Origin: Octopus vulgaris | Lineage: Eukaryota | Direction of reading: 5' to 3' | Assembly (NCBI GenBank): GCA_951406725.2 | Contig: OX597818.1 | Location: forward strand, 23,560,001-23,624,000 | Length of the DNA: 64,000 nt | Translations under genes and position numbers: made by a program | In this document: piece after piece, positions 57,132 through 64,000 of the stretch | Numbering within the stretch: the stretch's first letter is position 1 | Layout of the letters: each line of letters opens with the position of its first letter | The notes under the pieces: model-generated | The model's input: only the letters and a program-made list of their open reading frames with translations | Database searches by the model: none | Told to the model about the DNA's origin: nothing

Positions 57132-57352
57132 TATGAGAGGGTACTGTAAAGTTTCTGGCTCTGGGTAAAAGAAAATACAGGAGGATCAGTTAATTATAAT
57201 TTAATTCAGTGTATTCTCATCTTAAATTCATGCACTTATTGCAGTGGCCCTTCAGTTTTCCTAAGCCCTGTAAAAGAACTCAGAAGGTTGAGCCTCCAAC
57301 CAGGCCTTTTGCAACGCCCTTAAAGCCAAGAACTTTTCAGCACCCCCTTGTA
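57132..57352. mobile_element. Tc1/mariner-type MITE, same family as 32890
   Basis: TA-flanked ~28-bp TIRs; colinear with 32890-33110. Confidence 0.85.
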
Positions 57353-58801
57353 TATATGTGTGTATAAATGTGTGTGTGTGTGTGTGTGTGTGCATGTTTG
57401 TCTATGTATATTCATATATATGGATGCTTATTTACTTACACAAACATGTACACATTAGCCTTACCAACCCAAAATCTTGAATTCTGTATCACAGCATTAA
57501 TTAAGGCATGTTTTTTACCAAACCCTTAGAAACAATTTAGGGAGTGTTGCCATATGGTATAAAGATGCTGAATGTGGGGACAGAGTGGGTGGGGTCTTGG
57601 AAAGACACTTTATGTTGTCTAAAAATAACCTTCACTATTAATAGTTTTGAGGCAGCAAATCCCAATTCTTGTGTTTTTTCTATGAACAGTTAATATTGTC
57701 TCAGAGCTTTCAGAGTTACTCAGGATGCCTTAATTTATTCCCAAGGGAGTAACACAAAATAAAAGATGGGGTGCTGTCAGTTTATTCTATAAAGTGAGAT
57801 TTCAATGCGCACACACTCATACATGCATGCATGCATGTGCACACACACACCTACATACACACATACATATATATATATATATACACACACACAACACATA
57901 TATATACACACAAACACACACACACATGTATAATATATACATATATACGTGTGTATGTGTGTGTGTGTGTATACATAGTGCTGCCTGACTGGTTCCTGTG
58001 TTGGTGGCATGTAAAATGCACACACTACACTCTCGGGGTGGTTGGCATTAGGAAGGGCATCCAGCTGTAGAAATCTTGACAGATCCGATTAGAGCTTTGT
58101 GCAGCTTCCTGGCTTGCCAGTTCTCAGTCAAACCATCCAACACATGCCAACATGAAAAGCAGACATTAAACGATGATGATGCTGATGATGATAACACATA
58201 TACTCATACATACACATACGTATACATGCACATATGTATATACACATACACACACACATCATATTTACACCCACATATATAAACACACACCACACCTGTA
58301 TGTGTATGTATAAATTTAAAATGATGACTGCATAGTGAAGAAGGTGTAGGCATAAGTGTATGGTGAAGGAGTTCACTTTCAGTCAGATGGTTTTGAGTTC
58401 AGTCTCAATGTGTGGCACACTGGATATCATCTCCTGTAACCCTCAGTTGAATTTTGGCAGAAAGGTTTCACTATGATAAATATAAAACAGAGAATTTGTA
58501 TCATAAAACCTGGTGATGTTGAACCAGGTGTGATGTTGGGTATGACGTTGAGCTCCTAGTAACAGTGGATTGAGCAGTGCCTTTGTTGACTGTTAAAGAG
58601 GATATCCAATCTCTAATGAAATACTAACACAGGATTGAAACTAATTTTGCTGAGCCCTCTTATTCTGTCCTCAAAACAAGAATTTATATTTGTCTGTTAC
58701 AAACACTGTTGGTTCAGATTTACAAATATATTCTGTAGTACAGTATAACACTTTTGAAATTGTTTACTAAACCAGACATACATATTTATACATATACTCT
58801 G

Positions 58802-58836
<35 letters not shown>

Positions 58837-58838
58837 GG

Positions 58839-58883
<45 letters not shown>

Positions 58884-59094
58884 AGGTCATCAGTATTTAA
58901 AAAACACCCACTACACTCTTGGAGTGGTTGGCATAAGGAAGGGCATCCAGCTGAAGAAACCTTGCCAAATCAGATCAGAACCTGGTGCAGCTCCCTGGCT
59001 TACCAGTTTTCAGTCAAACCATCCAACCCATGCCAGTATGGAAAACAGACATTAAATGATGATGATGATGATGATGATATATATATATATATAG

Positions 59095-61038
59095 TTGAAA
59101 CTTACAGAAAAATAAAAGATAAAGACAGGTGTATAAACAGCAAACAGGTGTATTAGTTTAATGCTTGGGAAGGTGACAAAGTCTTTTACATTTCAAGCCT
59201 ATGCTCTTCAACAGAATAAAAAAACTTTTGGAGCTAGTGGTCAATCGTGGCAGCTGATTGGACGAAGGTAGTTAGACAGGAGAGCTAGGAAGAAGGAAAA
59301 ATAATAAAATATTGGTGATCCCAAAATGAAGGTGCACGCGCATGTGTATGTGAAAGTGTGTAAGTGTGTACATGTGGATAAGGGCTGGTGACTTTGGCAT
59401 GTGGATATGTGCATCTGTAATGTGTGGATATGTGCATCTGTAATGTGTGGGTGTGTGGATGATGGTGTGGGTGTGTGGATGATGGTGTGGGTGCTGGGAA
59501 GTGGTCAGTGCTAGTGTGTATGGGGTGGTGTGTGGCATGATGTGGTGTGGTTGTGTGGAGTGGTGTGGCAGTGTTGGGGTGTGGCAATGTGAGGGTGAGG
59601 TGTGGGTTTAGAGTAAGGATGTTGGGGTAAGGGTGGGGTATGTGGGAGTGGGATGTGTAAGAGTGGAGTGTGGATGGAGGGGGTATCGATGAAGGGAAAA
59701 GGTGGGTAAGAATGAAGAGAGGCAGTAGGTGTCAGGGCAAGAGAGGAGAGGAGAGGTGGGTAGGTGTGAGATGAAGAGAGAAGAGGAGGGGAGTCAAATG
59801 AAGAGGGGAGGCGAGTTAAGTCCATGTAGAGCAAAGAAGCAAAGAGAAAAGATTAATTCCTGTTCACAGCAAAGGCAGAAGTCTGGATGGTCCCTATGCA
59901 AAGACAATCCAAACACAGACAGGTGTTGTAATGAATGACCAGTAGAGCAGAAATGGCGCGAGACCGGGGTGTAGTTGCTGTGTTTAATGTCTCGGAGGTG
60001 CTCTGCGAACCAGTCAGCCAAGCAATGTCCCATTTGACTGATGTACAGAGAAGGACAGAAAGAGTAGGTGATGCAGTGAATGACATTGCTAGAAGTGCAG
60101 GTAAAAGAGTCAGTGATATGATAGCGATGGTGATGGGTGCCTGTGAGAATGGTGGTGTTGGAGAGGTAGGGGCAAGTGTGGCAAGTGTTGGCAGGAGCAG
60201 GGGAATGAGCCAGGTTTGGAGGTGGGGTTAGGGAAGAAACTGTGGACCAGGAGGCCATGTAGGTTGTGGGCTCATTTGAAGGAGGGGAGGAGTAGGTTGG
60301 GGAAGATGTGCGAAGTGGAGAGGTCAGACTGGAGTTGTCAGAAGGCTCAGAGAATGTTGCATTGGAAGGGCAGGGTGGTGGTGGTAGGTGAGAGGAAACA
60401 GGAGACGGTAACGGTGGGGCAGGTGTGAAGAGAGAGAGCAGAGGTACAGAGAGTGGTGTGGATAGTGGTGAGGGCATAACCACAAAGGATGAAATGGCAA
60501 GCTATGAGTTGAGACTGAGTCGCAAAATCATGGTCGTCACTGCAGAGCCTGCGCAGATGGAGAAAATGGGAGTAGAGGATGGAGAGCTTGGTGTGGGTAG
60601 ATTGGGAGGAGGAGAAGTTGAGGTATGACTGTGAGTCGGTGTGTTTGTAGTGGATGGAGGTAATGAGTGGAGATGTGTATGTTGACCGAAATGTCAAGAA
60701 AGGCGACATAAGTGTTAGAAACGGTGCAGGAGAATTTGAGGGCAGGATGGAAGGATTGGACAAAAGAGAGGAAGGAGTCTAGTTGCTCACAGGAGAGTGA
60801 GGTCACACCGATACAGTCATCAATATAACAACTGTAAATTTCAGAAGTGGGACCAATGAATCTTGAAAATATTTGGGCCTCAACATAGCCAACGAACAGG
60901 TTCGCATAGTTGGGGCCCATTCTCGTTTTCATGGCCACTCTCAAGACCTGTTGGTAAAACTCCCCTGCGAACAAGAAGCCGTTGAAGGAGAGAACAAGTT
61001 CGGCCAGACAAAGAAATGTGGACGTGTTAGGTTGGGGG
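59095..61038 (-). mobile_element. 5'-truncated Penelope-like retroelement (RT, Cys linker, GIY-YIG, pseudo-LTR), pseudogenised
   Basis: LAELVLSFNGFLFAGEFYQQVLRVAMKTRMGPNYANLFVG...YIDDCIG...VAFLDI; CHTCPY...FTCTSSNVIHCITYSFCPSLYISQMGHCLADWFAEHLRDI. Confidence 0.92.
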
Positions 61039-61559
61039 ATGCAGGAGTCCTGCCTTGAAGGGTTTTAGCCAAACAAATCAACCCCAAGACTTATTTTTTT
61101 AAAGTCTAGTACTTATTCTACCAGTCTTTTTGCTGAACCACTAAGTTATGTTGACATAAACACACCAATACCAGTTGTCAAGTGGTGATGAGGGGACAAA
61201 TACAGACACAATAAACAATGACACACACACACACAGATACATATATATATATATATATTATATTAAATTAGAGACAAAACCACTATTATGCAAACAACAA
61301 AGAAAGACTTAAGCCAATACATAAAATAATTTATATAAATTAAATTTAATTAATTCATACCAGTCAAATTTTAATTAAATTTAATTTAATTAAATTTAAT
61401 TTATATAAATTATTTTATGTATTGGCTTAAGTCTTCTTTGTTTGATTTGATAATAGTGGTTTTGTCTCTAATTTAATATAATATAATATTTTACTATAAA
61501 ATTGGATTCAATCCTAAATCTGATTTTTCCCTGTAAATTTGGATTTATTCCCTAATATT

Positions 61560-61610
<51 letters not shown>

Positions 61611-61731
61611 GCTACATCCAGTTTCTGCCTACCGAATCACAAGGCTTTCAGTGCGATGCTATAGTAGAAGACACTTGCCCAAGGTGCCAACACAGCGGGA
61701 AGTGTCTTACCACACAGCCATGCCTGCACCT
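61032..61731 (-). mobile_element. SINE family 2 with a nested insertion in its internal (TA)n
   Basis: Reverse-complement homology to 55524-55953 on both sides of 61254-61563. Confidence 0.7.
61254..61485. repeat. AT-rich palindrome (~100-bp arms)
   Basis: TATATTAAATTAGAGACAAAACCACTATTAT...GACTTAAGCCAATACATAAAATAATTTATATAAATTAAATT is mirrored at ~61385-61485. Confidence 0.85.
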
Positions 61732-61744
61732 ATATATATACATA

Positions 61745-62210
61745 TATAATAACAATAATCCTTGAATGGAATTTATAAATATTTAATGCATCACTATGCA
61801 CATTTCAACAAATCTCATGTCTCTTAAGACCATAGTCCATATTCCAGGGATGATTACAATGTAATCCATAGTATCCATGGGTATTGGGTTGATCATCTTC
61901 ATGGATTCATTTCTTCAGTCGATATAACATTAATAGATGTACAACAGAGGGTTTCTTATCCCTTTTTACTCTGTCAACCTTCATACCAGTCAAAATGGAT
62001 AAGCATCCTTTTGTTGTACATCCATTAATGTTATATTGCCTGAAGAAATGAATCCATGAAGACCATGAACCTGATGCCCACAGACTACACTGTAATCATC
62101 CCCAGAACATGGACTATGGTCTTAAAAGACATGTAATTTGTGGGATCGTGTGTTGCGATGCATTAAATGTTTATATATTCCATAGAAAGATTAGTATTTT
62201 TATTATTATA
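61745..62210. repeat. Long diverged foldback (~225-bp arms)
   Basis: TAAGACCATAGTCCAT...TCTTCATGGATTCATTTCTTCAG...ATATAACATTAAT is mirrored by ATTAATGTTATAT...CTGAAGAAATGAATCCATGAAGA...ATGGACTATGGTCTTA. Confidence 0.85.
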
Positions 62211-62432
62211 TTTATCCTACATTATATCAGTACAACTTGATGCAACCCCCAAAAACTGGTTCACCAGTCAGCATCATTAAACTGTGACTGGCATAATGAT
62301 GGAAGAGGAATTTTATTTGCATATTCAAAATGTTTCCCATAGACAAATTTGAAAGATATATATATATATGTATACATGTATGTGTGTGTATGTATACATG
62401 TAAGTAAATATACATATATATATATATATATA

Positions 62433-63808
<1,376 letters not shown>

Positions 63809-64000
63809 GTATCTACATGTATATTTATACATACACACAGTAACCCTGGACTAGTAATTTCCTTTGACTCAGTTACTTAAGAGAAATATATATATATAAA
63901 AAAAAACGGTGGTGACTTGACTAGAACACATAGTTTCCTGATCTTGAAACAACTTTGAAATAATTTAATTATGGGAGTGGATGTCTGTTAACATCTTTAT

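Noticed and set aside
59794-60483. 229-aa Pro/Ser-rich ORF as a host gene
   Set aside because: It is a frameshifted read of the Penelope-like element that enters the GIY-YIG frame only in its C-terminal half.
62038-62075. CTGAAGA-AATGAATCCAT-GAAG in the foldback arm as a hammerhead
   Set aside because: Lacks GAAA and a convincing stem I/III.

Overview
AT-rich, intron-rich animal genomic DNA. The SINE, RTE and Penelope repeat landscape and the abundant (TA)n/(CA)n microsatellites point to an octopod cephalopod (inference). Positions 938-37857 (+) hold the 3' ~25 coding exons of a sortilin-related receptor (SORL1/SorLA/LR11) orthologue; the gene starts upstream of the window. I joined the exons by hand through GT-AG junctions into one open frame of 3630 nt (~1209 aa plus stop): last YWTD blade, 8-Cys EGF, 10 LDLa/CR repeats, 6 FN3 domains, TM helix, and a tail ending YASSHY...[21 protein letters not shown]. 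Four LDLa exons are a tandem duplication of a two-exon cassette (A1-B1-A2-B2), with an unusually homogenised donor region. The introns carry tRNA-derived SINEs, RTE LINE pieces, mariner relics, MITEs and Helitron termini. Downstream is a TE-poor candidate long 3' UTR (~38-46.5 kb), then a dense nested TE cluster (47-64 kb). That cluster contains several Penelope-like elements with minimal hammerhead-ribozyme-like motifs that have non-canonical cores, a mariner foldback made of two left ends, and several long palindromes. Nearly all ORFs in the supplied track are microsatellite or TE artefacts.
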